Source: an uncultured Collinsella sp.
GTDB taxonomy: Bacteria > Actinomycetota > Coriobacteriia > Coriobacteriales > Coriobacteriaceae
Length of the DNA stretch: 64,000 bases
Direction of reading: 5' to 3'
Assembly: GCA_902479045.1 (NCBI GenBank)
Contig: CABSNI010000004.1
Coordinates: 7,839 to 71,838 of the forward strand
A program made the translations under genes and the position numbers. Of this stretch, positions 54,048-64,000 are shown one piece after another. Under the pieces are notes generated by a model that was not told where the DNA came from, made no database searches, and was given only the letters and a program-made list of their open reading frames with translations. Positions within the stretch are counted from its first letter, which is position 1, and each line of letters begins with the position of its first letter.

Positions 54048-55280
54048 GTGGCCGTTACCGCGCTGTACGTGCACGTGCCGTTTTGCGCTCAAAAGTGCCG
54101 GTACTGCGACTTTGACTCGCGCAGTTTTGCTCCGTGCGACCTGAGCGTTGCGCTCGATGCCTATTTTGAGCAGTTGTACGCGCGCCTCGATGCTTTTGGC
54201 AAGGCTGGGGCCCTTGACCAGATCCGCACCGTCTATGTTGGCGGCGGTACGCCGTCGCTGGCGGGGGAGCGCTTGGTGGAGCTGGCGCGGCGTATTCGTG
54301 CGTCGTGCGCCCCTGTTGAGTTTACCTGCGAGGCCAATCCTGAGTCGCTGACCGCCGAGCTTGCCGCTGCGCTTGCCAAGGTTGGTGTCACACGCGTCTC
54401 TCTGGGCGTGCAAACGCTCGATAACACCGAACTTACCGCCATCGGCCGTATTCACGATGCCGATCGGGCGCTCGCCGCCATCGCGACAGTCAAGAACGCT
54501 GGGCTTGACGTGTCGTGCGACCTTATGTGCGGACTACCCGGGCAAACCGCAGCGAGTTGGAAGCGCACGCTCGATGGCGTGCTCGCGGCGGCTCCGCATC
54601 ATGTGTCGGTCTACCCGCTCACGCTCGAGGAGGGGACGCCCCTTTATTGCATGGCGTGCCGCGACGAGTTGCTCGAGCCTGATGAGGATTTTCAAGCTTC
54701 GTGCATGGACGTGGCACGCGAGCTCCTGGGTGCCGCTGGCTATCACGCGTATGAGGTGGCGAGCTACGCGCTCGACGGCCATGAGTGCGCCCATAACATT
54801 GCCTACTGGACCGGCCAGGGCTATTTGGGCCTGGGTCGCTCTGCCGCCGGTATGCTCGACGCCGTGGATTTTGATCGCTTGGCCGGGCTGTTTCCCGGCG
54901 TGTCTGCTCGCGGCGATGCGTACCGCGTGCGACTGGTGCAACGTGACGATGCCGCGACGGCGTTCGAGGCCGAATATTTGTCGCAGCGTGAGGCTGCGGC
55001 TGAAGACCTGATGCTCGCTTGTCGCATGACGCGCGGTATTGTGTCCGACCTGTTGGTTCGTGCGGGTTGCGTCATCCCAACGGGCGAGCTGGCAGCTGCC
55101 TGCGATCGCGCGCTCGAATTGGGTCTTGCCACTTGGGTTCCCGAGACGCTCGAGGTCCATGAGGGACCCTTCACTTCGGCAGACGTCCTCGCGGGCCATG
55201 TTCGAGCTCGTCTGGCGCCGACACACCTGGGCTGGCTCGATGGAAATGTTCTGTTCGAGCTGTTTTGGGATCTAGCCTAG
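54048..55280 (+). CDS. hemW: Radical SAM heme chaperone HemW
   Basis: YVHVPFCAQKCRYCDF, GGGTPS, HNIAYW. Confidence 0.9.
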   Translation: MAVTALYVHVPFCAQKCRYCDFDSRSFAPCDLSVALDAYFEQLYARLDAFGKAGALDQIRTVYVGGGTPSLAGERLVELARRIRASCAPVEFTCEANPESLTAELAAALAKVGVTRVSLGVQTLDNTELTAIGRIHDADRALAAIATVKNAGLDVSCDLMCGLPGQTAASWKRTLDGVLAAAPHHVSVYPLTLEEGTPLYCMACRDELLEPDEDFQASCMDVARELLGAAGYHAYEVASYALDGHECAHNIAYWTGQGYLGLGRSAAGMLDAVDFDRLAGLFPGVSARGDAYRVRLVQRDDAATAFEAEYLSQREAAAEDLMLACRMTRGIVSDLLVRAGCVIPTGELAAACDRALELGLATWVPETLEVHEGPFTSADVLAGHVRARLAPTHLGWLDGNVLFELFWDLA

Positions 55281-55338
55281 GCCGCTCGGGTAGAATTACC
55301 GGAATATATACGCTGCTGTGAGCAGGAGGTTGCCGCGC

Positions 55339-56442
55339 ATGGCGACGATGAACGAAAAAGATTACTACGAGATTCTGGGCGTCTCCAAGGACGCCACCTC
55401 GCGTGATATTCAAAAGGCCTTCCAGCAAAAGGCCCGCAAGCTCCATCCGGACGTCAACAAAGAGCCGGATGCCGAGGAAAAGTTTAAAGAGGTTTCCGAG
55501 GCCTACGCCGTGCTTTCGGATGAGCAAAAACGTGCGCGCTACGACGCCATGCGTTCCGGCAATCCCTTTGCCGGTGCTCCTACGGCTTCCCCCTATGGTG
55601 GCGGCTACGCCGGCAGCATGGGCTATGGCAATCCCTTTGAGGGCGGCTTTCCCTTTGGCGGCGCCTGGGGCCAGCAGCGTCGTGGGCAGGCTGCCTACAA
55701 TCCCGAGAACGGCGCCAACGTGGTCGTCGATATCAAACTCGACGCCAAGGAGGCCAAGGGCGGTGCCCGCAAGACCGTCCGCTACACGCGTTTCGATACC
55801 TGTACCAACTGCGGCGGTTCGGGCTCCGTTTCGTCTGAGCATGCCCATACCTGCCCGAGCTGTGGCGGCCGCGGTCACATCGACGTCGACCTGTCCTTCC
55901 TGTTTGGTGCAGGCACGTTCCAGTCGGTCTGCCCCGAGTGCGGCGGTTCCGGTAAGGTCGTGGCCGACCCCTGCCCTGATTGCGGAGGCAGCGGTCGTAC
56001 TCGTGTAACCTCCGAGCAGACGATTGAGTTTCCTGCCGGCACGCACGATGGCGACGAGGTCCGCATTAGCGGCATGGGTCATGCTGGCACCAACGGTGCC
56101 GCGGGCGGCGACTTGGTCGGCCGCGCCCATGTTGAGGCCGAGCGCTTGGAAGGCAAAGCTCGTACCGGTTTTTACCTGATGGGCATCGTGGCGCCGTTTT
56201 TGGTACTCTCGGCCATCTCGGGCGTGTTCTCGGCCTTTGCCGTGATGTGCTTTATTCCGTTTGCCATGGGCCTGTTCATGGTGCTTTCGGACGGTGTGCT
56301 TCATCGCAGTCTGCTGTGGTGGAAGCGCGGTGCGATTCAGTTTGCCAACGGTTTTGCCAACGGCTTCATGTTCGCGCTCGTGTCGGTTTGGTTCGCGAGC
56401 TGTTCGCAACGGGCCATGCTTTCGCCGTACCAAATGCAATAA
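55339..56442 (+). CDS. DnaJ paralog with truncated C-terminal domain and C-terminal membrane segments
   Basis: J domain with HPD, G/F region, four CxxCxGxG motifs, hydrophobic C-terminus. Confidence 0.85.
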   Translation: MATMNEKDYYEILGVSKDATSRDIQKAFQQKARKLHPDVNKEPDAEEKFKEVSEAYAVLSDEQKRARYDAMRSGNPFAGAPTASPYGGGYAGSMGYGNPFEGGFPFGGAWGQQRRGQAAYNPENGANVVVDIKLDAKEAKGGARKTVRYTRFDTCTNCGGSGSVSSEHAHTCPSCGGRGHIDVDLSFLFGAGTFQSVCPECGGSGKVVADPCPDCGGSGRTRVTSEQTIEFPAGTHDGDEVRISGMGHAGTNGAAGGDLVGRAHVEAERLEGKARTGFYLMGIVAPFLVLSAISGVFSAFAVMCFIPFAMGLFMVLSDGVLHRSLLWWKRGAIQFANGFANGFMFALVSVWFASCSQRAMLSPYQMQ

Positions 56443-56523
56443 CATCAAACCCTCTGTTTGCGGCCGCCCCAGCTTGGGTATAGGACGCACTGTGACAATA
56501 ATGAAAGTCGGAAGGATTCGGTC

Positions 56524-57672
56524 GTGTCGGAAAATAGGGATTACTACGAGGTGCTTGGCGTCGACAGGGATGCCGACGCGCGGACGATTAAGCGTGCGTT
56601 TCTAAAGAAGGCCCGTACCGTACATCCGGATGTTTCGGACGACCCCGAGGCCGAGGCCAAGTTCAAGGAGCTCAACGAGGCCTATTCCGTTCTTTCCGAT
56701 GAGCAGAAGCGTGCTAACTACGACCGTTACGGCACTGCCGACGGCCCTGGTGGTTCGGGCTACGTCGATATCAACGATATCTTTGGTGGCATGGGCATGG
56801 ACGACTTGTTCTCGTCTTTCTTTGGCGGCGGTGCCGGCGGTGGCGCCCGCAGCCGTCGTGAGCGTCGTCGCGGACGTGACATGGCCATCTCGCTTTCGGT
56901 GACCCTTGAGGAGGCGGCGCTCGGCTGCAAAAAGACGATCAGCTATGACCGCCTTGCTCCTTGCGAGGACTGTAATGGCACCGGTAGGGCAGAGGGCGCA
57001 CAGGAAAAGCAGTGCGGCCGCTGCCACGGTTCGGGCTATGTCACGACGGTTCAGCGTTCGTTCCTGGGCCAGGTTCAGTCTTCCTCGCCTTGCCCCGACT
57101 GCCATGGCGAGGGTACGGTTATCGACCATCCCTGCGAGACCTGCGACGGTCAGGGCCGCACGCCTTCGCACGAAAAGATCGACATCGATATTCCCGCCGG
57201 CGTTTCGACCGGTCGCCAGCTGCGCGTGAGCGGCTTTGGCGAGGCCGGCTTTCGCGGCGAGCCTTCGGGCGACCTGATTGTCAACGTGCGCGTTGCCGAC
57301 CATGAGCGCTTTAAGCGCAACGGTGACGACCTGTACCTGGTGAGCGATATCTCGATTGCGCAGGCTGCGCTCGGCTGCGAGATCGAGGTCGAGGGCATTA
57401 TGCCCGACGAGGTCGTTAAGGTGACGGTTCCCGCCGGCGCCCAGTACGGCGACACCGTGAGCGTCAATAATTACGGCATGCCGCGCATTGGCGGTGGCGG
57501 TTCGCGTGGCCGCCTGGTCGTGCAACTGCGCGTGGTCGTTCCCACCAATCTCTCCAATAAGCAGCGCGAGCTGCTCCGTGCTTTTGCCGATGAGATGGGC
57601 GATGACGTCGCTTCTGGTAAGAAGTCGGTGACCGACCGTATCAAGAGTGCCCTCGACGATATCCTCGATTAA
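56524..57672 (+). CDS. dnaJ: Chaperone DnaJ
   Basis: DYYEVLGV, HPD, four CxxCxGxG motifs, full CTD (GDLIV, SIAQAALG). Confidence 0.95.
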   Translation: MSENRDYYEVLGVDRDADARTIKRAFLKKARTVHPDVSDDPEAEAKFKELNEAYSVLSDEQKRANYDRYGTADGPGGSGYVDINDIFGGMGMDDLFSSFFGGGAGGGARSRRERRRGRDMAISLSVTLEEAALGCKKTISYDRLAPCEDCNGTGRAEGAQEKQCGRCHGSGYVTTVQRSFLGQVQSSSPCPDCHGEGTVIDHPCETCDGQGRTPSHEKIDIDIPAGVSTGRQLRVSGFGEAGFRGEPSGDLIVNVRVADHERFKRNGDDLYLVSDISIAQAALGCEIEVEGIMPDEVVKVTVPAGAQYGDTVSVNNYGMPRIGGGGSRGRLVVQLRVVVPTNLSNKQRELLRAFADEMGDDVASGKKSVTDRIKSALDDILD

Positions 57673-57681
57673 GGAGCCCGC

Positions 57682-58974
57682 GTGCTCGCACCCCATATTT
57701 CCGTCGTCAACCTCGGCTGCCGTGTCAACCGGGTTGAGTCTGACCGTATCACTGCCGATCTTATGCGCCTGGGCTTTGCTATTGTGGAGCCCCAGGATGC
57801 CGATCTGATCGTCATTAACACCTGTGCCGTTACGGGCGAGGCCGAGGCCAAGACCCGTAAGGCCGTCCGTCATGCGCTGGCCTATCCGGGCGAGCCTTAC
57901 GTGGTCGTAACCGGCTGCGTCGTCAACCTGCATCCCGAGGAGTTGCTGGAGCTCTCCGATCGCGTGATCGCCGAGCCGTCCAAGATCGATGTCGCCGAGC
58001 GCGTCTGCGAGGTGCTGGGTGTCGAATCCGATAGCGTTCCCGCCTGCAGCGATGGCGAGGTGGTCGATGCGCTCGGTCGCTCTCGCCTGGGCGTGAAGAT
58101 TCAGGACGGCTGCAACCATCGCTGCACCTATTGCATTGTGTGGAAGGCACGCGGCCCCGAGCGCTCCGTGCCCGTCGAGTCCGTGCTCGAGCAAGTTCGC
58201 GAGGCCCAGGAGGCCGGCGTGCCCGAAGTGGTGCTGACCGGTGTGAACCTGGGTGCCTACGATGGCAAGAGCGCGACCGACGAGCACGTCGAAATCGATG
58301 AGCTGCTCGAGGCCATCATGGAGCGCACGTCTATTCCGCATGTGCGCATTTCCTCGGTCGAGCCCATGGATATCTCCGAGCGCCTGCTTAAGGTTATGGC
58401 GCGCTACCCGCAGCGTATCGCCCCGTTTTTGCACCTGCCCGTGCAGTCCGGCTGCACGGCGACCCTGCATCGCATGGGCCGTCCCTATAGCGCCGAGGCC
58501 TTTGAGGACACGGTGCGTATGATTCGCGCCAACTTGCCCCAGGCGTCCCTTTCGTGCGATGTCATCGTCGGTTTTCCCGGTGAGACGGACGAGGAGTTTG
58601 AGGAATCGCTGGCGCTGTGCCGCCGTGTGGGTTTCTCGCGTATGCACGTGTTCCGCTACAGCAAGCGTCCCGGTACCCTTGCTGCCGACATGCCCGACCA
58701 GGTGCCACCCGAGGTTATGGCCGAGCGCAGCCGCCGTATGCGGGCCGCCGCACAGGAGCTCGCTATTGCCGACGCTCGTCGTCGCGTGGGCACGGTCGAG
58801 CGTGCCGTGCTCGAGTATGGTGACAACCTGACGCTCGGCTCGTTCCATCATGCCCGTCTTGACGATACCTGTGGACTCACAGCCCCGTGCCTGCTCGATG
58901 TTGCTATCATCGGAGTCGATGATTCCGGCTTGGTCCATGCACACAGGGAGGTTCATGGAAGCCTCGAAGATTAG
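57682..58974 (+). CDS. mtaB: Radical SAM methylthiotransferase, probably MtaB
   Basis: LGCRVNRVES, NTCAVT, KIQDGCNHRCTYC, IVGFPGET; after dnaJ. Confidence 0.82.
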   Translation: MLAPHISVVNLGCRVNRVESDRITADLMRLGFAIVEPQDADLIVINTCAVTGEAEAKTRKAVRHALAYPGEPYVVVTGCVVNLHPEELLELSDRVIAEPSKIDVAERVCEVLGVESDSVPACSDGEVVDALGRSRLGVKIQDGCNHRCTYCIVWKARGPERSVPVESVLEQVREAQEAGVPEVVLTGVNLGAYDGKSATDEHVEIDELLEAIMERTSIPHVRISSVEPMDISERLLKVMARYPQRIAPFLHLPVQSGCTATLHRMGRPYSAEAFEDTVRMIRANLPQASLSCDVIVGFPGETDEEFEESLALCRRVGFSRMHVFRYSKRPGTLAADMPDQVPPEVMAERSRRMRAAAQELAIADARRRVGTVERAVLEYGDNLTLGSFHHARLDDTCGLTAPCLLDVAIIGVDDSGLVHAHREVHGSLED

Positions 58975-59941
58975 ACTTACCGTTCCCGAGGGTATTGACC
59001 CCTCGCGCGTTTTGGGCGCCGGCGACGGCGTCCTTCGTGAGCTCGAGAGCTTGGTTCGCGCTCACGTGGTCGCCCGTGGCGAAAGTATCGCCGTGAGCGG
59101 CGACCCGGACGAGGTCGAGCTCGTGGTGCGCTTTTTCGAGCATGCTTTTCGCGAGGCGGCCGCCGGACGCACGCTGTCTGCCGACGATGTCTCTCGCTGC
59201 CTTGCCGTTTTGCGCGACGGCGAGCATGAGGCTACATCGCTTCGCGATGATGTGCTGCTTTCGTATCGCGGCCGTGCCATTCGCCCCAAAACGCTCGGCC
59301 AAAAGCGCTATGTAGATGCCATCCGCTCGCATACCATCACGTTTGGTCTAGGTCCTGCCGGTACCGGTAAGACCTATCTGGCCATGGCGCTCGCCGTTGC
59401 CGCGCTCAAGCGTCACGAGGTGGGCCGTCTGATCTTGACGCGTCCGGTTGTCGAGGCGGGGGAGAACCTGGGCTTTTTGCCCGGTACCCTCGAGGAAAAG
59501 ATCGACCCCTACATGCGTCCGCTCTACGACGCCCTTTTTGACATGATGGATCGCGAGCGCACCGATGAGCTCATGGAGCGCGGCGTGATCGAGATCGCCC
59601 CGCTTGCCTACATGCGCGGCCGCACGCTGAGCGATGCCTTCGTGGTGCTCGATGAGGCGCAAAATACCACGCCCGAGCAGATGAAGATGTTCCTGACGCG
59701 CCTGGGCTTTAACACCAAGTTTGTGATTACCGGCGACCTGAGTCAGCGCGACCTGGTGGGTCGTCGCGGCGGTCTTGCCGACGTCGAGCAGATTTTAGGC
59801 CGTGTCGACGATGTCGCATTTTCTCACCTCGAGCGTGCCGACGTGGTGCGCCATGCCTTGGTGGGGCGTATCGTCGAGGCATACGATGCTTATGATGATG
59901 TGCGCGAGAAACGCGTGCACGACCGAAAGGAGTCCCGTTGA
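58955..59941 (+). CDS. phoH: PhoH-family ATPase
   Basis: GPAGTGKTYLA, LGFLPG, APLAYMRGRTL, DEAQN. Confidence 0.95.
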   Translation: MEASKIRLTVPEGIDPSRVLGAGDGVLRELESLVRAHVVARGESIAVSGDPDEVELVVRFFEHAFREAAAGRTLSADDVSRCLAVLRDGEHEATSLRDDVLLSYRGRAIRPKTLGQKRYVDAIRSHTITFGLGPAGTGKTYLAMALAVAALKRHEVGRLILTRPVVEAGENLGFLPGTLEEKIDPYMRPLYDALFDMMDRERTDELMERGVIEIAPLAYMRGRTLSDAFVVLDEAQNTTPEQMKMFLTRLGFNTKFVITGDLSQRDLVGRRGGLADVEQILGRVDDVAFSHLERADVVRHALVGRIVEAYDAYDDVREKRVHDRKESR

Positions 59942-60447
59942 GTGTATTGACCAGCAACGATGCCGAGCTCGATACGCTGCTCGACGCGCAGGAGGTAGAG
60001 CACATCTGCGAGGTCGTGCTTGCCGCCGAGGGCGTTGAGCGTGAAGTCGAGATTTCCCTTTCATATGTCGATGAGGACGAGATGCACGAGCTCAATCACG
60101 AGTGGCGCGGTATCGACCGTACCACCGATGTCCTCTCGTTTGAATGCGACTCGGCCTTTGACGAGGATATTCCCGCCGATGAGACGCTTGAGCTCGGCGA
60201 TATCATCCTGGCCCCGCAAGTCATTGCCCGTCAGGCCCCCGGCTTTGGCAATGCCCCTGCCGACGAGTGTCGCCTGATGCTCGTGCATGGCATGCTGCAC
60301 CTGCTGGGGTATGACCATATCGAGGACGACGAGGCCGAGGTCATGGAGGCCCGCGAGGACGCCATCCTGCGCGATCTGGCGCTCGAGCGCGGCGAGGACC
60401 CCAAGCTGGTCCACGTCGGCCCCATCACCAACCACGCCCACGACTAG
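59938..60447 (+). CDS. ybeY: rRNA maturation RNase YbeY
   Basis: TDVLSF, LGDI, HGMLHLLGYDH. Confidence 0.96.
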   Translation: MSVLTSNDAELDTLLDAQEVEHICEVVLAAEGVEREVEISLSYVDEDEMHELNHEWRGIDRTTDVLSFECDSAFDEDIPADETLELGDIILAPQVIARQAPGFGNAPADECRLMLVHGMLHLLGYDHIEDDEAEVMEAREDAILRDLALERGEDPKLVHVGPITNHAHD

Positions 60448-60456
60448 GAGCCGTCT

Positions 60457-60834
60457 ATGATTCCCGGATCGAACAAGGATCATCCATCCTTCTTAAAGTC
60501 GTTTTCCTACGCTATGGAGGGCTTCGTCACCGCCGTTAAGACCGAGCGCAACATTAAGGTCATGCTCGTGGCGGGCGTGTGCACCGTTATTGCCGGCTGC
60601 ATCGTGGGGCTCGACATTGCCGAGTGGGCCACGATTATCATCTGTTGTGGTCTGGTGATTCACGGCGAGCTGTGCAACACCGCCATGGAGGCGATTGTCG
60701 ATCTGGCGACCCAGGAGCTCCATCCGCTGGCAAAGCGTGCGAAGGATATCGCCGCCGCCTCCGTATACGTTCTTTCCATTACCGCCGCGATTGTGGGCTT
60801 GCTCGTATTTGCCCACGCGCTCGGCTTTATTTAG
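60457..60834 (+). CDS. dgkA: Diacylglycerol/undecaprenol kinase
   Basis: ERNIK, ELCNTAMEAIVD, AKRAKDIAAA. Confidence 0.9.
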   Translation: MIPGSNKDHPSFLKSFSYAMEGFVTAVKTERNIKVMLVAGVCTVIAGCIVGLDIAEWATIIICCGLVIHGELCNTAMEAIVDLATQELHPLAKRAKDIAAASVYVLSITAAIVGLLVFAHALGFI

Positions 60835-60846
60835 AAAGGGATTTTC

Positions 60847-61923
60847 ATGTCCGACAATATGCAGCCTATCGATGAAACTCTGGACGACGAGTCCCTGGAT
60901 GCGGTGGATGCCGAAGCGAACGATGCCTATGAGGATGTCGAGGAGTTCGATCCGTTTGAGGGCATGAGCGACGAGGAGCTCGACGCCCTGTGCGACGAGG
61001 GCGACAGCCTCGCGGGCTTTGGCGACGTTGAGCTTGGTTTCCGCAGCGGCTTCGTGGCGCTGGTCGGCCGCCCCAACGCCGGCAAGTCCACGCTGCTCAA
61101 CGCCTGCTATGGCAAAAAGGTCGCCATCACCTCGCCGGTGGCCCAGACGACCCGCCGCCGCATGCGCGCCGTCGTCAACCGCCCCGGTTACCAGCTGGTC
61201 TTTGTCGATACCCCGGGTATCCACAAGCCCAAGGACGGCCTGGGGTCCGAGCTCAACAAGAGCGCGTTGTTCGAACTGAACGATGTCGATGTCGTCGCGT
61301 TTTTGATTGATGCCACCAAGCCGATCGGCAGGGGAGACGCCTGGGTTGCCGAGCGCGTCAAAAACGCTCGTTCCAAGAAGGTCTTGGTGCTCACTAAGGC
61401 CGATGAGGCCGACCCCGCACAGGTCATGGAGCAGCTCAAGGCGGCCCACGAACTCATGGAATATGACGATGAGATCGTGACGTCGTCGGTCAAGAATTTC
61501 AACGTCGATGCGTTTATCGAGACCGTCGCTCACTTCTTGCCCGAGGGCCCGCGCTGGTTCCCCGAGGACATGGGCACCGACGCGTCCGACGAGACCCTCG
61601 TGGCCGAGTTTGTGCGCGAGAAGGTCCTACGTCGCACTCGCGACGAGATCCCTCACTCCGTGGGCGTCATCTGTGACGCGCTCGAGCAGACTAAGAAGGT
61701 CCTGCGCGTGCACGCCACCATTTACGTCGAGCGCGAGGGCCAGAAGGGCATCATCATCGGCAAGGGCGGCGAGATGATCAAGCATATCGGCATCGACGCC
61801 CGTCGCGATCTTGAGCGTATCTTTGGCACGCAGGTCTATTTGGAGCTGGACGTGAAGGTCAAGGCCGGCTGGCGCGACGACGAGGCCCAGATTCGCCGTT
61901 TTGGCTACAACGCCGAGGACTAA
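60847..61923 (+). CDS. era: GTPase Era with acidic N-terminal extension
   Basis: GRPNAGKSTL, QTTR, DTPG, KH domain IIIGKGG. Confidence 0.96.
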   Translation: MSDNMQPIDETLDDESLDAVDAEANDAYEDVEEFDPFEGMSDEELDALCDEGDSLAGFGDVELGFRSGFVALVGRPNAGKSTLLNACYGKKVAITSPVAQTTRRRMRAVVNRPGYQLVFVDTPGIHKPKDGLGSELNKSALFELNDVDVVAFLIDATKPIGRGDAWVAERVKNARSKKVLVLTKADEADPAQVMEQLKAAHELMEYDDEIVTSSVKNFNVDAFIETVAHFLPEGPRWFPEDMGTDASDETLVAEFVREKVLRRTRDEIPHSVGVICDALEQTKKVLRVHATIYVEREGQKGIIIGKGGEMIKHIGIDARRDLERIFGTQVYLELDVKVKAGWRDDEAQIRRFGYNAED

Positions 61924-61938
61924 GGGCGCGCGGCGCGC

Positions 61939-62688
61939 ATGGCAGGCTCCCGGACATATCGCACCAAGGTGCTCGTCCTCGACAAGACGAAGCTCAAAGA
62001 GACGGACCTGATCCTTACGATGCTTGACGAGCGGGGTCGGCAGGTTCGTGCCGTGGCGAAGGGCGCCCGCAAACCCGGTGGGCGCCTGGCCGCGCGCTGC
62101 GAGCTGTTCTGTACCGTCGATATGCTGCTCGCGCATGGACGGTCGCTCGACGTGGTTTCCCAGGCCGAGCTTATTGAGGCGCCGCTCGGCGCTGCGCCCG
62201 ACTACGAGACGACCTGCGCCGCAAGCGCAATCGCCGAGGTCGCGCGCGTGTGCTCGTTCGAGGATGCTGAGGACCCGTTTACCTTTGCTATAACGCGGCG
62301 AGCGCTTGCCCTGGTGGGCAGCGGGCTTGACACGACACATATGGATTTACTTGTGGCGGCGTATGTCTTTAAACTGCTGTCGCACGTTGGCTATCGACCC
62401 GATTTTTCGGCCTGCGTGCTGTGCGGAGACCCCATGCTGTCGTATTTTTCGCCCCAGGCCGGCGGTCTCATGTGCGGGTCGTGCGCGTCGAGCGTTCCGG
62501 GTGCCGAACTGGTGTCGACCGGCGAGGTCGCCTGGTTGCGCGCCCTCATGTCCATGACCTTCGACGAGCTTATGGATCAAAAGATTGACCCGCATACTGC
62601 GGCGTTTTTGCTCGGGCTTTCGCATGTCTGGGCGGCAACGCATACCGATCAGCGGCTCCGTGCGATGGAATTCATGTTGGGTCGGTGA
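61939..62688 (+). CDS. recO: DNA repair protein RecO
   Basis: ETDLILT, AVAKGARKP, CVLCG...CGSC zinc finger. Confidence 0.93.
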   Translation: MAGSRTYRTKVLVLDKTKLKETDLILTMLDERGRQVRAVAKGARKPGGRLAARCELFCTVDMLLAHGRSLDVVSQAELIEAPLGAAPDYETTCAASAIAEVARVCSFEDAEDPFTFAITRRALALVGSGLDTTHMDLLVAAYVFKLLSHVGYRPDFSACVLCGDPMLSYFSPQAGGLMCGSCASSVPGAELVSTGEVAWLRALMSMTFDELMDQKIDPHTAAFLLGLSHVWAATHTDQRLRAMEFMLGR

Positions 62689-62826
62689 TGATGCGCAGGC
62701 ACAGGCTGCTTGTGGTAACATACCGACCTGTTGGTACCTCGACCTTGGTTGCTCGCTCCACCGGCGGCTTCTCAGTCCGAGGCGAATTGAGTCGCCCGCG
62801 GGCGACGTAAAACGAAAGGTGAAACA

Positions 62827-63105
62827 ATGACTGTTTCCAAAGAGCGCAAGGCGGAGCTGACTGCCCAGTTCGGTAACACCCCGGTCGACACCGGCAACCC
62901 CAAGGTTCAGGTCGCCATCCTGAGCGAGCGCATCAAGGAGCTGACCGAGCACATGAAGTCCCACCAGAAGGACTTCCACACCCGTCGTGGTCTGCTCATG
63001 CTCGTCGGCCGTCGTCGTCGTCTTCTCTCCTACATCAAGAAGAACGACATCGTCGAGTACCGTGAGCTCATCAAGGCTCTGGGCATTCGCGACAACATCC
63101 AGTAA
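62827..63105 (+). CDS. rpsO: 30S ribosomal protein S15
   Basis: DTGNPKVQVAIL, KDFHTRRGLL. Confidence 0.98.
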   Translation: MTVSKERKAELTAQFGNTPVDTGNPKVQVAILSERIKELTEHMKSHQKDFHTRRGLLMLVGRRRRLLSYIKKNDIVEYRELIKALGIRDNIQ

Positions 63106-63120
63106 GGATTTGTACATGCT

Positions 63121-63152
63121 AAGAGCGTCCTGCGCAGCGGGGCGCTCTTTTT
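63121..63152 (+). terminator. Intrinsic terminator after rpsO
   Basis: AAGAGCGTCCTGC-GCA-GCGGGGCGCTCTT followed by TTT. Confidence 0.75.
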
Positions 63153-63255
63153 GTGTAAGGGCGTGAATAATTACGCTCTGAAGCGTGGCGGGGGCAGGGG
63201 GCCCGCGTCACATGAGAAGCCCGCAGGCAAGGGGCCTGTGGGGTAAAGGAGAACA

Positions 63256-64000
63256 ATGACACTCGTATCCAAGACCTTTGAGCTGTACGGCAAGACCTAC
63301 ACCTTTGAGTCCGGCGAGCTTGCCAAGCAGGCCACCGGCGCCTGTCTGGTCAAGCAGGGCGATACCACGATGCTCGACACCGTGGTCGTCTCCAAGGAGC
63401 GTAAGAATTACGACTTCTTCCCGCTGACCGTCGACTTCAACGAGAAGATGTACGCCGCCGGTCGCATCCCGGGTGGCTACCTCAAGCGTGAGGGCCGTCC
63501 CAGCGAGAAGGCCACGCTCACGGCCCGTATGATCGACCGCCCGATTCGCCCGAGCTTCCCGGACGGCTTCCGCAACGAGGTGCACATCGTCGCTACCTCG
63601 CTCGTCGCCGACCAGGTCAACCCCTTCGACGTCATCAACGTCATGGGTGCTTCTCTGGCCATGACGCTCGGCGGCGTGCCCTTCGAGGGCCCGCTTGCCT
63701 GCGTGCGCATCGGCCGCAACGTGGAGACCGGCGAGTTTATCGTCAACCCCACCTATGAGGAGCGCGAGAACTCCGACCTGGACCTGGAGCTGGGCGGCTC
63801 TGCCGACTTCATCTCGATGGTCGAGGCCGGCGCCGAGGAGATCTCCGAGGACGATATGCTCGCCGCCATGAAGTTTGGCCAGGAAGCCCTTGCTGCCTTC
63901 TGCCAGGCTCAACACGAGTTCGTCTCCGAGTGGGAGCAGGTCAACGGCCCCATCGTCAAGAAGGAGTACCCGCTCGACCAGCCCGTCGAGGAGGTCCAGG
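63256..64000 (+). CDS. pnp: Polyribonucleotide nucleotidyltransferase, 3' truncated by window edge (absent from ORF track)
   Basis: Hand translation: MTLVSKTFELYGK...GELAKQA...DFFPLTVDFNEKMYAAGRIPGGYLKREGRPSE...IDRPIRP. Confidence 0.96.
   Translation, partial: MTLVSKTFELYGKTYTFESGELAKQATGACLVKQGDTTMLDTVVVSKERKNYDFFPLTVDFNEKMYAAGRIPGGYLKREGRPSEKATLTARMIDRPIRPSFPDGFRNEVHIVATSLVADQVNPFDVINVMGASLAMTLGGVPFEGPLACVRIGRNVETGEFIVNPTYEERENSDLDLELGGSADFISMVEAGAEEISEDDMLAAMKFGQEALAAFCQAQHEFVSEWEQVNGPIVKKEYPLDQPVEEVQ

Noticed and set aside
62720..62820. S15 (rpsO) leader RNA
   Set aside because: The leader is GC-rich and probably structured, but I could not match it to a known model by eye; needs a covariance search.

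Overview
High-GC bacterial chromosomal segment, most likely Coriobacteriia (Collinsella-like). This is inferred from the actinobacterial mIHF-gmk-rpoZ block combined with Firmicutes-like content (glyQ/glyS, yqeK, trmFO, ppdK, pyrK-pyrD); no database search was run. The window is almost all housekeeping operons: rplU-rpmA-obgE-nadD-yqeK-rsfS; dinB; rpsP-khpA-rimM-trmD-lepB; glyQS-PPDK regulator-ppdK; rplS-rnhB; yraN-comM-dprA-trmFO-xerC; rpsB-tsf-pyrH-frr-uppS-cdsA-dxr-rseP-ispG-proS; adhE plus an APH-like kinase; rpmB; pyrR-B-C-K-D-F with a PyrR attenuator; mihF-gmk-rpoZ-thiI; comEA-comEC-holA; rpsT; lepA-dusB-hemW; two dnaJ genes-mtaB-phoH-ybeY-dgkA-era-recO; rpsO-pnp. The only accessory element is a REP-associated (RAYT/TnpA-REP-type) HUH-Y1 nuclease gene with a C-terminal HTH, bracketed by 53-bp composite inverted repeats. 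Most notable observations: (1) that element; (2) a 20-bp motif (18/20 identical) at nearly the same distance upstream of both DNA-uptake operons, a candidate competence-regulon site; (3) a 2-nt frameshift in ppdK; (4) xerC lacking a canonical start codon; (5) a winged-helix-like insert in RseP; (6) a membrane-anchored DnaJ paralog where hrcA is usually found; (7) shared LacI-type operators upstream of adhE and ppdK. No rRNA, tRNA or CRISPR array was seen.
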